In this document: one piece after another, positions 1-9,019 of the stretch
Layout: every line of letters begins with the position of its first letter
Position numbering within the stretch: the first letter of the stretch is position 1
Assembly (NCBI GenBank): GCA_045612385.1
Contig: JAZKYZ010000064.1
Location: 196 to 64,195 of the forward strand
Reading direction: 5' to 3'
DNA: 64,000 bases
Origin: Eubacteriales bacterium
Lineage (GTDB): Bacteria > Bacillota > Clostridia > Oscillospirales > CAG-272
Position numbers and translations under genes: made by a program
The notes under the pieces: model-generated
Told to the model about the DNA's origin: nothing
Databases searched by the model: none
Seen by the model: only the letters and a program-made list of their open reading frames with translations

Positions 1-561
1 CCACTTGATAGCGTAGGCTGCTTTGATGAGGAATCTCCCCTCTCTCCAAACTCACCATATAGCGCAAGCAAAGCTTCGGCAGACCTGCTCGCGCTCTCCT
101 ATTTTAAGACTTACGGACTTCCTGTTACCGTCAGCCGTTCTTCCAATAACTACGGTAGCCATCAGCACCGAGAAAAACTTATTCCGGCGACCATCTCTCG
201 TGCGCTTTTAGGGGAGAATATCTCCGTTTATGGTGATGGCAAAAATCGTCGCAACTGGATTTTTGTTCTTGACCATTGTCGCGCTTTGGATCTCATTTTA
301 GAGAAGGGAAGCGTTGGCTCCATTTACAATGTTGCCTCGCCGACCGACATAGCGAACATTGATCTCGTTTGTCGCATTCTCGCTATGCTGGATTGCTCAA
401 TATCCCGTATTTCCTTCGTTCCAGACCGTAAAGGGCACGATCGAAAATACGCCCTGAACACCTTGAAAATCGAGCGTGAACTTGGATTTTTCTGTGAAAT
501 TTCCTTTGATGAGGGATTAGAACAAACGGTTGCCTATTACAAAAATAAATACAAAAGATAA
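1..561 (+). CDS. rfbB: dTDP-glucose 4,6-dehydratase, C-terminal part (5' end outside window)
   Basis: Frame 1 is open from base 1. It translates ...NSPYSASKASADLL..., containing the SDR YxxxK catalytic motif, then ...GDGKNRRNWIFVLDHC...HDRKYALN..., typical of RmlB/RfbB. Confidence 0.85.
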   Translation, partial: PLDSVGCFDEESPLSPNSPYSASKASADLLALSYFKTYGLPVTVSRSSNNYGSHQHREKLIPATISRALLGENISVYGDGKNRRNWIFVLDHCRALDLILEKGSVGSIYNVASPTDIANIDLVCRILAMLDCSISRISFVPDRKGHDRKYALNTLKIERELGFFCEISFDEGLEQTVAYYKNKYKR

Positions 562-606
562 GCACTTGCAAGCCGTGTGGCAAAGCAAGTGCTTTCACTT
601 TATTTT
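561..606. terminator. Hairpin between convergent rfbB and the ABC ATPase gene
   Basis: AGCACTTGC (561-569) pairs with GCAAGTGCT (585-593) and is followed by a T-rich run. Confidence 0.5.
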
Positions 607-1379
607 TAAAACTCTCGATCGCGCAAGAACAATTTAAGTTTTTCACTCCTTGCACTGCCGAATACCTCTTCAGGACTTCCTTCCTCTTCAACAAGTCCAT
701 TCGCTATAAAGATAATTTTATCAGCGACCTGTCGCGCAAACTCTACTTCGTGAGTTACAATAATCATTGTACGATCTCTGTCTTTCAGGGAACGGATAAC
801 ACGTAAGACCTCTCCGGTCAGTTCTGGGTCCAGCGCTGATGTCGGCTCGTCAAAGCAAAGAATGTCAGGCGAAAGCATCAAGGCTCTCGCAATCGCAACA
901 CGTTGTTGCTGACCACCGGAAAGCTGGCAGGGATATGCATTTGCTTTTTCAGACAGACCAACTGTTTCAAGCAAATCAAACGCTTTCTCTTCGATTTCTT
1001 TGAGTATTTGCGCAAGTCCTTCGCCACCGTCACGTTTGGCTTTTAGCTTTGGCGCAAGCGTTAGGTTTTTCAGCACGCTATACTGCGGGAAAAGATTGAA
1101 CTGTTGAAAAACCAAACCGAAGGACAACTGTCCACTGGGCGAAATATATGCCTTTTCGTTACTTTCTTTTGAAAAAACTACTTTGCCACCAACAATAATT
1201 TCTCCTGAGTCTGGCATCTCTAAAAAGTTCAGAGAACGGAGCAGGGTGGTCTTTCCACCACCGGAAGAGCCTAAAATGGCAACCACTTCGCCTTTATTTA
1301 CCGTCATATTGATACCACGCAAGACATCAACATCACCAAAGCGCTTGCAAAGATTTTTTACTTCAAGCATAACCTCCAT
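606..1379 (-). CDS. Polar amino-acid ABC transporter ATP-binding protein
   Basis: Walker A GSSGGGKTT, signature LSGGQQQRVAIARAL and Walker B ILCFDEPTSALD. GlnQ/ArtP-like size. Confidence 0.9.
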   Translation of the reverse strand: MEVMLEVKNLCKRFGDVDVLRGINMTVNKGEVVAILGSSGGGKTTLLRSLNFLEMPDSGEIIVGGKVVFSKESNEKAYISPSGQLSFGLVFQQFNLFPQYSVLKNLTLAPKLKAKRDGGEGLAQILKEIEEKAFDLLETVGLSEKANAYPCQLSGGQQQRVAIARALMLSPDILCFDEPTSALDPELTGEVLRVIRSLKDRDRTMIIVTHEVEFARQVADKIIFIANGLVEEEGSPEEVFGSARSEKLKLFLRDREF

Positions 1380-1387
1380 ATCATCAC

Positions 1388-2080
1388 CTATGCCTTAAAA
1401 TAGTCCAATCGTTTTTCCACCTTGCCGAGCAGGAGAGTGAGAACACCGACAAATAGAAGATAAAAACCACCAGCAAGGAAGAGGGGCCAAATGAGTTCGT
1501 CCACCGTTAAAAACTCTTTTGCTTCAAAGATAAGTTCATAAACGGCAATGGTGTTTGCGAGCGCAGTATCCTTGATTAAGGTAATTACCTCATTTGACAT
1601 TGGTGGTATAATTCGCTTAATTACTTGCAGAAGAACGATCTTGAAAAAGATTTCTTTTTTACTAAGCCCAAGCACCTGTCCTGCTTCATATTGTCCTTTT
1701 GGGATAGATTCAATTCCTCCACGGAAAATCTCGGAAAAGTATGCCGCATAGTTGATGCTAAAGGCAACAAGTGCAGCAATAAACCTCGTGGAAAAGGTGG
1801 TATCAAACCACTCCCAACCCGTATTCATCTGTGGCCAAACGAACAAACGGAGCAATCCAGGTAAATAAAAGATAGCAAAAATTTGTAACATTAAGGGTGT
1901 ACCACGTAAAATCCAGACAAGAACTTTCATTGGAATGCGCACTACCCCTTGCTTTGACATTGTGCAAAAGGACATTAAAAGACCGAGTGGCAATGCGAAT
2001 ATAAGCGTTAGGGCGAAAAGGATAAACGAAGTAAAAAAACCATTGCTAAGCCTTAATAAAACGTCAAAAAATACATCCAT
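1388..2080 (-). CDS. Amino-acid ABC transporter permease (His/Glu/Gln/Arg/opine family)
   Basis: Multi-TM protein with an EAGQVLGLS...IP EAA-like loop. Operon with the ATPase and the binding protein. Confidence 0.85.
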   Translation of the reverse strand: MDVFFDVLLRLSNGFFTSFILFALTLIFALPLGLLMSFCTMSKQGVVRIPMKVLVWILRGTPLMLQIFAIFYLPGLLRLFVWPQMNTGWEWFDTTFSTRFIAALVAFSINYAAYFSEIFRGGIESIPKGQYEAGQVLGLSKKEIFFKIVLLQVIKRIIPPMSNEVITLIKDTALANTIAVYELIFEAKEFLTVDELIWPLFLAGGFYLLFVGVLTLLLGKVEKRLDYFKA

Positions 2081-2086
2081 AATATA

Positions 2087-2869
2087 TTATTTCAGAGCAT
2101 CAATATTCAAACCAACATTGTATTTTTCAGCAAGCGCAGTGAGCGTGCCATCGGCATATTTATCTTTCAAAAACTTGTCAAGAAGAGGCTTGATGTCGCT
2201 ATTTTGACGAAGTCCAACAGCAAAGATTTCATCCCCATAACTTGCACCTTCCAAAATCTCAAGGTCTTGATATATCCCTTTGCCGACAGAGTTTTGCGCC
2301 AAAGTAATATCAACAATTGCTACGTCACTTGTACCCGCAGATACTTCAGTCAGGGCATCAATCATTGTACCCACTTTGGCAATGTTTTTGGCTCCAATGG
2401 TCTCTTCGGCAACCGTTGCGCCAGCAGAACCACCTTCGACAGCAATTTTCGCATTCTTCACGTCATTTGCAGTAAGGGTAGATGCTTTATTTACAACAGC
2501 CACCTGAGCATTCTTCGCATAGGACACAGAGAAATCTATACTCTGAGCGAGTTTCTCCGTCGCAGTCATACCATTCCAAATGAGGTCGATTTGATTTGTT
2601 TTAAGCTCGGCCGTCTTGTTATCCCAATCAATGATGACCAACTGACAGTTTACACCAAGAGATTCAGCAAACATCATAGCCAGTTCTGCATCAAAACCGG
2701 TCCACTGATCATTTTCATCAAGATAATCCATAGGGGGATAAACTGTAATGCCGACTACAAGTTTGTTTGCGTTTTGTATCGCAGTAACATCACTGCTTTG
2801 TGGCATACAGGATACCATAAAGGAAAGTACGGTGATTACGATAAGAAGAAGGGTAAGAAGTTTTTTCAT
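2087..2869 (-). CDS. Amino-acid ABC substrate-binding lipoprotein (SBP family 3)
   Basis: Signal peptide with lipobox-like ...FMVSC, and a family-3 SBP-like body (DLIWNGMT..., VDITLAQ). Confidence 0.85.
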   Translation of the reverse strand: MKKLLTLLLIVITVLSFMVSCMPQSSDVTAIQNANKLVVGITVYPPMDYLDENDQWTGFDAELAMMFAESLGVNCQLVIIDWDNKTAELKTNQIDLIWNGMTATEKLAQSIDFSVSYAKNAQVAVVNKASTLTANDVKNAKIAVEGGSAGATVAEETIGAKNIAKVGTMIDALTEVSAGTSDVAIVDITLAQNSVGKGIYQDLEILEGASYGDEIFAVGLRQNSDIKPLLDKFLKDKYADGTLTALAEKYNVGLNIDALK

Positions 2870-2930
2870 TTTTGTTTCTCGCTTTCTGTTACTTCACTGA
2901 TTTAGCACTTTATCATACTAAAGTGTTACT

Positions 2931-2959
2931 ATTATACTCCATACAAATTTAAATGTCAA
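2931..2959 (-). promoter_or_regulatory. Sigma-A-type promoter for the amino-acid ABC operon
   Basis: Minus strand reads TTGACA, 17 nt, TATAAT (tgtcaa at 2954-2959, attata at 2931-2936). Confidence 0.6.
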
Positions 2960-3202
2960 GAGGTTTTTTGAATTTTTTGATTTTTTTCATAAGACACCTT
3001 GCATAGACGAGGATTTAGGCTAAAATGCTCAAAAAAGTGATAATCATACGAGTGTAAACTGCGATATGTAAAAATAGGAAGAAATGGATGATCTTCCATC
3101 TGTAGTCGCAGAGAATGATAAAATTAAAAGGGTACTGTGAAAACACAATACCCTTCGGTTTTATTTGGTTATGTTTATATGGAAGGCTACTTGTCATTCT
3201 AA

Positions 3203-5135
3203 CTAAAGAATGAGAGGTTCATATGGGTTGACAGTGAGGGCGAACTCGACACGTTCACCGTTTTGTATAAAGGAAACGTATTCGTATGTACCGTCTGCAC
3301 AGAGCATGCGAATACTGTTTACCTTCTCCTCGCATACGAGTGCGAAATCATCTGAGATGTCCAGTCCCAAATTGAGAACGGCGCAGAAGAGCTTGCCATC
3401 TGCGTTTCTCGCAGCGCTCAGATAAACTTCTGCATCATCAGGAAGTAGACGGGAAGCGCACCAAGCTCGCGAAGAATGCCTGCAAACTGCGCTTTTCTTG
3501 TTTCGTTCAAAAACGCGAATGCACTAAAGTTGTATGGCACATCACTGTTGCCTGAGCATACGACGACCGTACCACCAAGTTCATTTTGATACGAAGAGAT
3601 ACCGGGGAAGAGGATTTCCTCTTTCTCCTCGTCGACAAGATGATATACGTCAGAGCAATGCTTCACTTTGTCGGTGAGTGGATGATTTCGTGTATATCAA
3701 AGAGTGGTTTTGTTCTGTCGGACGGATAGATAATTTCACCACTCGCAATTTTAGAGCCAGGCTCTCTCTTTTTGACATCCACACCAAGATATTTGCCAAA
3801 TCCTCTTTCGATAAGACGCATTGCTGCTGGTGCATCCAAGAATACCTTTCCCGACAGGAATTGGAGGATTTTTTCGTCAGAGTACCAAGCGTCATTTTTT
3901 CCACTGAAGAAACAAACCCCACTTGCTTCTGGCGAGAAAAACAACGGGAAGCCAAAACGACCGAAAATCAAGGAATACCAAGAATTGTTTTTTGCAATTT
4001 CTACGTCGTTTTCCGTGATTTCGTAGATGGGATTGTCGGGGACGATAGCATTACATCCAAGAGGGGTAAGGGTTGGTGCAATTTCAGACAACTCTTCGTA
4101 ATAGCGCGCATATGTCTCCAATGTTTTACGGTATGCAAGACCACTTTTTGGCTCATACGAGGGAAGTCTTGTAATCCAATGCTTAGCGCCACACATTCCT
4201 TGTAAAATAGAAAAAGTGAATAAAGAGTGCATCTTCGCTGCTGAGGTCGAGTAACGGTTGTGCGGACAGGTGTCAGTTTCTGCAAGAAGGAAATCGGGTT
4301 TTCCGGTAAGAGTCGCGTTCTCTACTGCTGCTTTATAAAAGCTGGTGAGGATGCTACGGGGATCGGGGGCGCAGTAGTTTGCGTTATTTAGTCGAAGAAC
4401 CACAGGGTTTCCTTCGCCTGCCATAACCGAAGCAATTTCACAGGCAGCTTCGGAGCTCTTGCCACAAAGGCAATAAGAGCCGGGGATGGAAGGATCTACC
4501 GAATCAATGCCACGACGCAATTCTTTCACACATTCGATCAATGAATCCAAATGTGTCTTTATGAACCATTCGCGATATTGTCTGCCTTCGTCAGTATTCT
4601 GATTCATTATTTCGTTCAGTTCTTCACGAGTAACTACTTTTCCTGAAAGCTCGGCAAATTTCGCCAAATGTAATGGGCACGTACAGCCACGATGTTCGCC
4701 ACGATGCGCGATCATACGGAAATCGTCGTCGCGCATAATATGGTCGGGGTGTTCTGATGCGATTTTAAAACCAGCGTCGCAAATGTAAGCTTGAAATCCT
4801 TTGTCGAGTGGACAACATACCTGAAGAACTTTTCCGTCAGCAAGTCCTACATATTTTTGAAAAGGAGAGGGATAATTTAGTTTTCCACCGTGCCCAATAG
4901 ACGCTTGGATAAGAACTCCGGAAGGAATTTTCATCTCGTCCAGGCGTTATTTGTATTTTCTATATTTTGAGCAACACATACCAGGCTTATCAATAGTAGG
5001 CGTTCCTTCCGGAACAAGTGTTGCGCAAAAAAGTGGCATTGTAGCAATACCGTTTTTTACTTGAGTAGCTATATCGTTACAACATTCTTCAAAGCATTCT
5101 TCGAAACTTAAACTCACGATAGAAAAAAATAACAT
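3203..5135 (-). pseudogene. Disrupted conserved hypothetical gene (about 640 codons) split by one in-frame TAA and at least two frameshifts
   Basis: ORFs 4947-5135 and 3663-4934 are in the same frame, separated only by TAA (4947-4949) plus 4 codons. ORF 3418-3666 continues in another frame (GTGA overlap). A third frame continues from about 3430 to a TAG at 3203, reading DDAEVYLSAARNADGKLFCAVLNLGLD...TVNPYEPLIL. Confidence 0.6.
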
Positions 5136-5168
5136 AGGATACCTCGTGTAATTTAAGATACAATAAAA

Positions 5169-5936
5169 TTATTCCGTTACGATACTAATATTCAATGTGA
5201 GATTGCGAGAATAAAAAACGGGGTAAGCCAAAGAACCATTTTGGGCTTCAGTATTCCATACGACGAGATATATGTTTCCGTCAACAAAATCAGTGGCATC
5301 AATCTCAACACTTCCTGTAAACGTCGTAAAGTCGCCGACAGTGGGTGTGTGAGTAAAGACTTCGTGATGTTCTGCTCCGGAATTGTCGTAGCCCTTAAAA
5401 TACATACCGATTGGAGAAGCTGTCCATCCATTGCCTGTTTTTAAGTCAATGGTGTATTCTATTTTCATCTTACCGTCGAAGTTAGATTTGAGGGCTAATT
5501 TGAGTTCGTCGTTCAATTTGACAGTGGCAGTTCTTTGCCCACTGCTTCCTCCGTTTTCTGGCTCGTTACCAAAAACAGAAATTTCCTGCTTTAAGGTAGA
5601 TACATCGCTCCAACGAGCATATAATGTGGTGGGGAATGATTTTTCCCAATTCAGAAGAGATACTCCTTCTCCGTTAATATATTTTGTTCCACCTTCCTGT
5701 GCGTCGAAATATCCTTCAAGATAGTATCCTTTTTTTGGCGAAACGGTGATTGTTGCTTTCTTGCCATACTGCGCTACATATTGTGTAGAGGTTTCTCCGT
5801 CATAAAGTGTGAGTGTGGATTGCGTAAAACCTTCACCTACTTCGTTGTCATTTTCAAACAATCCACATCCTGTCATAAACGAGAATAAAAGACAAAGAGT
5901 GAAAGTTAAAATGATAGCTTTGATTCGTTTGTTCAT
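5169..5936 (-). CDS. Lipoprotein with one Listeria-Bacteroides (InlB B-type) repeat-like module
   Basis: Signal peptide plus lipobox FMTGC. GYYLEGYFDAQEGGTKY...LYARW resembles the repeat also seen in the giant protein at 20706-26201. Confidence 0.7.
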   Translation of the reverse strand: MNKRIKAIILTFTLCLLFSFMTGCGLFENDNEVGEGFTQSTLTLYDGETSTQYVAQYGKKATITVSPKKGYYLEGYFDAQEGGTKYINGEGVSLLNWEKSFPTTLYARWSDVSTLKQEISVFGNEPENGGSSGQRTATVKLNDELKLALKSNFDGKMKIEYTIDLKTGNGWTASPIGMYFKGYDNSGAEHHEVFTHTPTVGDFTTFTGSVEIDATDFVDGNIYLVVWNTEAQNGSLAYPVFYSRNLTLNISIVTE

Positions 5937-6034
5937 AGTACAATCTCCTTTTTTTGTTTTATAGTTGTTATATTTTGAATTTTATCACATTTACAGGGAT
6001 ATGTCAATACTTTAGGAAGTATATTCCAAAGTAA

Positions 6035-6346
6035 GGCGAATATACCTACACCCTGCGTCTAACAAGCAAGCTTGTCGAACTTCGGGTGGGGTATGCGAAC
6101 CTTCGCATACGTAAAACGTATGCAAGGTCGAATCTGGAGGGTAGACAAAAAAAGAGAAGCACCGTTTTGGTGCTTGACCGAAAGGGTTTTCGCCTGAGGC
6201 GAATATACCCACACCCTGCGTCTGACAAGCGAGCTTGTCGAACTTCGGGTGGGGTATGCGAACCTTCGCATACGTAAAACGTATGCAAGGTCGAATCTGG
6301 AGGGTAGACCAAAAAAGAGAGGCACCTATTTGGTGCCTCTCTTTTT
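6035..6346. repeat. Two tandem ~163-bp units immediately 3' of tRNA-Arg
   Basis: GGCGAATATACC...GGTATGCGAACCTTCGCATACGTAAAACGTATGCAAGGTCGAATCTGGAGGGTAGAC starts at 6035 and again at 6198. Each copy ends in an A-run plus a GCACC/GGTGC hairpin. Confidence 0.9.
6311..6346 (-). terminator. Intrinsic (bidirectional) terminator after tRNA-Arg
   Basis: AAAAAAGAGAGGCACC-TATTT-GGTGCCTCTCTTTTTT lies directly adjacent to the tRNA CCA end. Confidence 0.8.
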
Positions 6347-6423
6347 TGGCCTACCCGAAAGGATTCGAACCTTCGGCCTTCAGAGTCGGAGTCTGACGCG
6401 CTATCCAGCTGTGCCACGGGTAG
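6347..6423 (-). tRNA. tRNA-Arg (anticodon CCG)
   Basis: Hand-folded cloverleaf. Acceptor CTACCCG/CGGGTAG, anticodon stem TCAGA/TCTGA with loop CTCCGAC, T-arm GAAGG-TTCGAAT-CCTTT, encoded CCA. Confidence 0.85.
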
Positions 6424-6438
6424 ATGGAATGCTATAAT

Positions 6439-6467
6439 ATTCTAACATTATTTTCCTTGTTTGTCAA
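6439..6467 (-). promoter_or_regulatory. Sigma-A-type promoter of tRNA-Arg
   Basis: Minus strand reads TTGACA, 17 nt, TAGAAT, about 15 nt upstream of the tRNA 5' end. Confidence 0.6.
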
Positions 6468-6532
6468 GGTGAAAGAGATAAGGAATTTTGACTTTTTTTG
6501 TATATGTGGATATAATAAAGGTAGAAACCATT

Positions 6533-7195
6533 ATGAAAAAGGAAGGGCATTCGTTGAAAAAGACAAGGCTTTGGTTAAAAAATATTCTACTCACAATTTT
6601 CGGCACGCTTGTATTGTCTCTTGGAACGGCGCTATTCTTGTTGCCAAACCATCTGATTGCTGGTGGAATTTCAGGTTTGGCTATTCTCCTTGAGCATATT
6701 TTCAAATCCATTTCCGTAGAACGCTGGATTTCAATGTTGACCGTTGGGCTGTTTCTTCTTGGTCTGTTTTTACTAAAAAGTGATTTTGCTGTCAAAACAC
6801 TTCTTTCTACTATTATTTATCCTGTGGGTATTGCGCTATTTTCTCCGTTAAAAGAATGGGACGCGCTTGCTTCTTTTTTTGTTATCAGAGAGGAAAAGGA
6901 TATGATCTTGACGCTTTTGATTGCCTCCATATTGGGTGGTGTGTTCATTGGTGTCGGATGCGCAATCACCTTTCTTGGAGGGGGATCTACCGGAGGGGTA
7001 GATGTCATTGCTTTTCTTATCTGTAAACTTTTTCCAAGCCTGCGCGCGTCAAAGGTCATCTTCTTTGTCGATGCTACTATCATTCTCTTGGGAATCTTCA
7101 TCACATCCGATATAGTGAAATCTGTTTTTGGAATTCTATCTGCATTTGTTGGCGCAATTATGATTGAAAAAATATTTCTTTCTGCTAAAAAATGA
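6533..7195 (+). CDS. YitT-family membrane protein
   Basis: Multi-TM protein with GGISGLAILL and GGGSTGGVD motifs typical of YitT/DUF161. ATG at 6533 is preceded by TTGACT, 17 nt, TATAAT (6487-6515). Confidence 0.7.
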   Translation: MKKEGHSLKKTRLWLKNILLTIFGTLVLSLGTALFLLPNHLIAGGISGLAILLEHIFKSISVERWISMLTVGLFLLGLFLLKSDFAVKTLLSTIIYPVGIALFSPLKEWDALASFFVIREEKDMILTLLIASILGGVFIGVGCAITFLGGGSTGGVDVIAFLICKLFPSLRASKVIFFVDATIILLGIFITSDIVKSVFGILSAFVGAIMIEKIFLSAKK

Positions 7196-7237
7196 GATAT
7201 AAAGAGAAATATGTAAATAATTATTTGCAAACTATCG

Positions 7238-8035
7238 TTATTTTAATATTTCAAGGTTTCGTTCAAGTACTTTTCTGCCTCGCCAGGAGAACGCTCTTTT
7301 TTGGAAATCTTCCTTGCTCATAGAGTCAATAAGTTCTTGCGTTAATTCCTCGATAACACTCTCATAAAACATAGGGATGGGTGTTTTTTTGGGCTCCTTA
7401 TTATAGGGACAAGCACTTTGACAGAGGTCACAACCCCACGCTGTATGGTGAGCGCGCATATACGCCTTTTCCCACTCTTCAAGCTCGCCTTTTCTTTGGG
7501 TGATGGCAGATAGACAAGCCTCCCCCTCGCCACGTAAAATGCCCGTCGGACACGCCCTCTTGCAAGCGCCACAATGTGTGCAAAAGTGGATATCGGTCGG
7601 TTCTTTTGCCCCGAGCAATTCTGGTGGAATATCACAGATGAGGTCCCCAATGAAAATATAGGAACCGTATGCTTTGTTAATCAAAAGTCCGTTATCTCCG
7701 AGAATGCCAAGACCGTGAGTCAGGGCAGCGTGTCTTTCGTCGATTGGCGAATGGTCGCCATAGATTTTCATTTTTGCCTGTGGAAAGTTTTTTTTCAGCG
7801 CTTCTTCAAGTCCTTCACCGATTTTACGTATAATCAAGTGATAATCATATGATGCAGCATAACGTGAAATATTTTTTGGTGTGAGGGTGTAGTATGGCAC
7901 GAGAAATAAAATGACGCTTCTTGGCACAAAGTCCTCTCGTGAGAGAAGTTCTCCTTTGGTCACCTTGACATTTTGAAAGTCAGCCACAGCAAAGTATTCA
8001 ATTCCCAAAGACGAAAAAAATGTATTCAAATTCAT
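7238..8035 (-). CDS. queG: Epoxyqueuosine reductase-like (QueG family, short form)
   Basis: YAASYDYH, HAALTHGLGILGDNGLLI and two Cys clusters, CTHCGACKRACPTG and CDLCQSACPYN. Confidence 0.65.
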   Translation of the reverse strand: MNLNTFFSSLGIEYFAVADFQNVKVTKGELLSREDFVPRSVILFLVPYYTLTPKNISRYAASYDYHLIIRKIGEGLEEALKKNFPQAKMKIYGDHSPIDERHAALTHGLGILGDNGLLINKAYGSYIFIGDLICDIPPELLGAKEPTDIHFCTHCGACKRACPTGILRGEGEACLSAITQRKGELEEWEKAYMRAHHTAWGCDLCQSACPYNKEPKKTPIPMFYESVIEELTQELIDSMSKEDFQKRAFSWRGRKVLERNLEILK

Positions 8036-8185
8036 ATGGCGCCTCCTTTTTTACTCATTTTACCACAGAAGCAATAAAAAATCAAGCACCGACAGGGAGA
8101 AAAACGCCTGAAAATATTGACAAGTCTTTGAATTTGGTGTATAATTATAAAATCTATAACTATGTGCATTTTGGAGGGACAAGGA

Positions 8186-9007
8186 ATGCAGGATAAAATT
8201 TCTCTTGCTGGTGATCTCGGAAGTGGCAAAAGTACCGTGAGTAAAATCCTGATCGAGGAGTTGTCAGCGACGTACTATTCGACAGGAGCCATTGTACGTG
8301 AAATTGCCGAAAAACGAGGGATGACCGTTGTGGAGCTTAACACCTATATGGAAACGCATCCCGAGATTGACTACGAAATTGACGATGGTATCATACGCCT
8401 GTCCGACGATGAACGTCTTTTGATTATCGACTCACGTATGGCGTGGCATTTCACGAAGGGTACCTTTAAGGTTTATCTTTCGACCGATATTGAAACGGCT
8501 GCCACACGCATTATGCTGAACAATCGAAAGGGAGAGCATTGCTCTACTTTGGAGGAAACCATTGCTGATACCAGAGCAAGACGCGCGAGCGAGAAAAAGC
8601 GTTATCTTGAACAGTATGGCGTAGACATCAAAAACCTTTTTAACTACGATTTTATCTTGGATACCACCTTTGCGACCCCAGAAGAGGTTGCCGAGCAAAT
8701 AGTTCTTGCCTTTCGCCGTTGGCAGGAGGACAAGTCCTATCGTTTAGTACTCCTTTGTCCCGATCGTCTTTATTTTCCGGATGATGCCGAAGATGAAATG
8801 CTGATTTCTACATACGCCACAGCACTTGAGCGTGGAGAGGAAATTCCTCCGGTACAGGTTGTCGAGGAGGACGGCAATTTTTATGTTATTTCTGGCGCTG
8901 CAAGCGCCCTTGCTTATGCCTTCTCCTTTGCTACATTTGTTCCCTGCATGCTGGTCGATGCTCCTAAGCCGCAGCAGAAATATATAAAAATTTCAAACTC
9001 ACTATAA
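8186..9007 (+). CDS. Fusion protein: cytidylate-kinase-like P-loop domain plus C-terminal ParB/Srx-like domain
   Basis: N-terminus has GDLGSGKST (Walker A) and a cytidylate-kinase-2-like body. C-terminus has ...EEIPPVQVVEEDGNFYVISGAASALAYA..., resembling the ParB N-terminal fold but without the conserved Arg. GGAGGG RBS precedes ATG 8186. Confidence 0.6.
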   Translation: MQDKISLAGDLGSGKSTVSKILIEELSATYYSTGAIVREIAEKRGMTVVELNTYMETHPEIDYEIDDGIIRLSDDERLLIIDSRMAWHFTKGTFKVYLSTDIETAATRIMLNNRKGEHCSTLEETIADTRARRASEKKRYLEQYGVDIKNLFNYDFILDTTFATPEEVAEQIVLAFRRWQEDKSYRLVLLCPDRLYFPDDAEDEMLISTYATALERGEEIPPVQVVEEDGNFYVISGAASALAYAFSFATFVPCMLVDAPKPQQKYIKISNSL

Positions 9008-9019
9008 GAAAGGTCAAAT

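Noticed and set aside
4947-4949. In-frame TAA as programmed recoding
   Set aside because: TAA is not a selenocysteine or pyrrolysine codon, no recoding element is visible, and the same gene also carries frameshifts. Decay or sequencing error is more parsimonious.
6046-6437. ORFs of 60-123 aa on both strands across the tRNA-Arg repeat array
   Set aside because: Same reasoning as above: the translations are repeat-derived and overlap the tRNA and its terminator.
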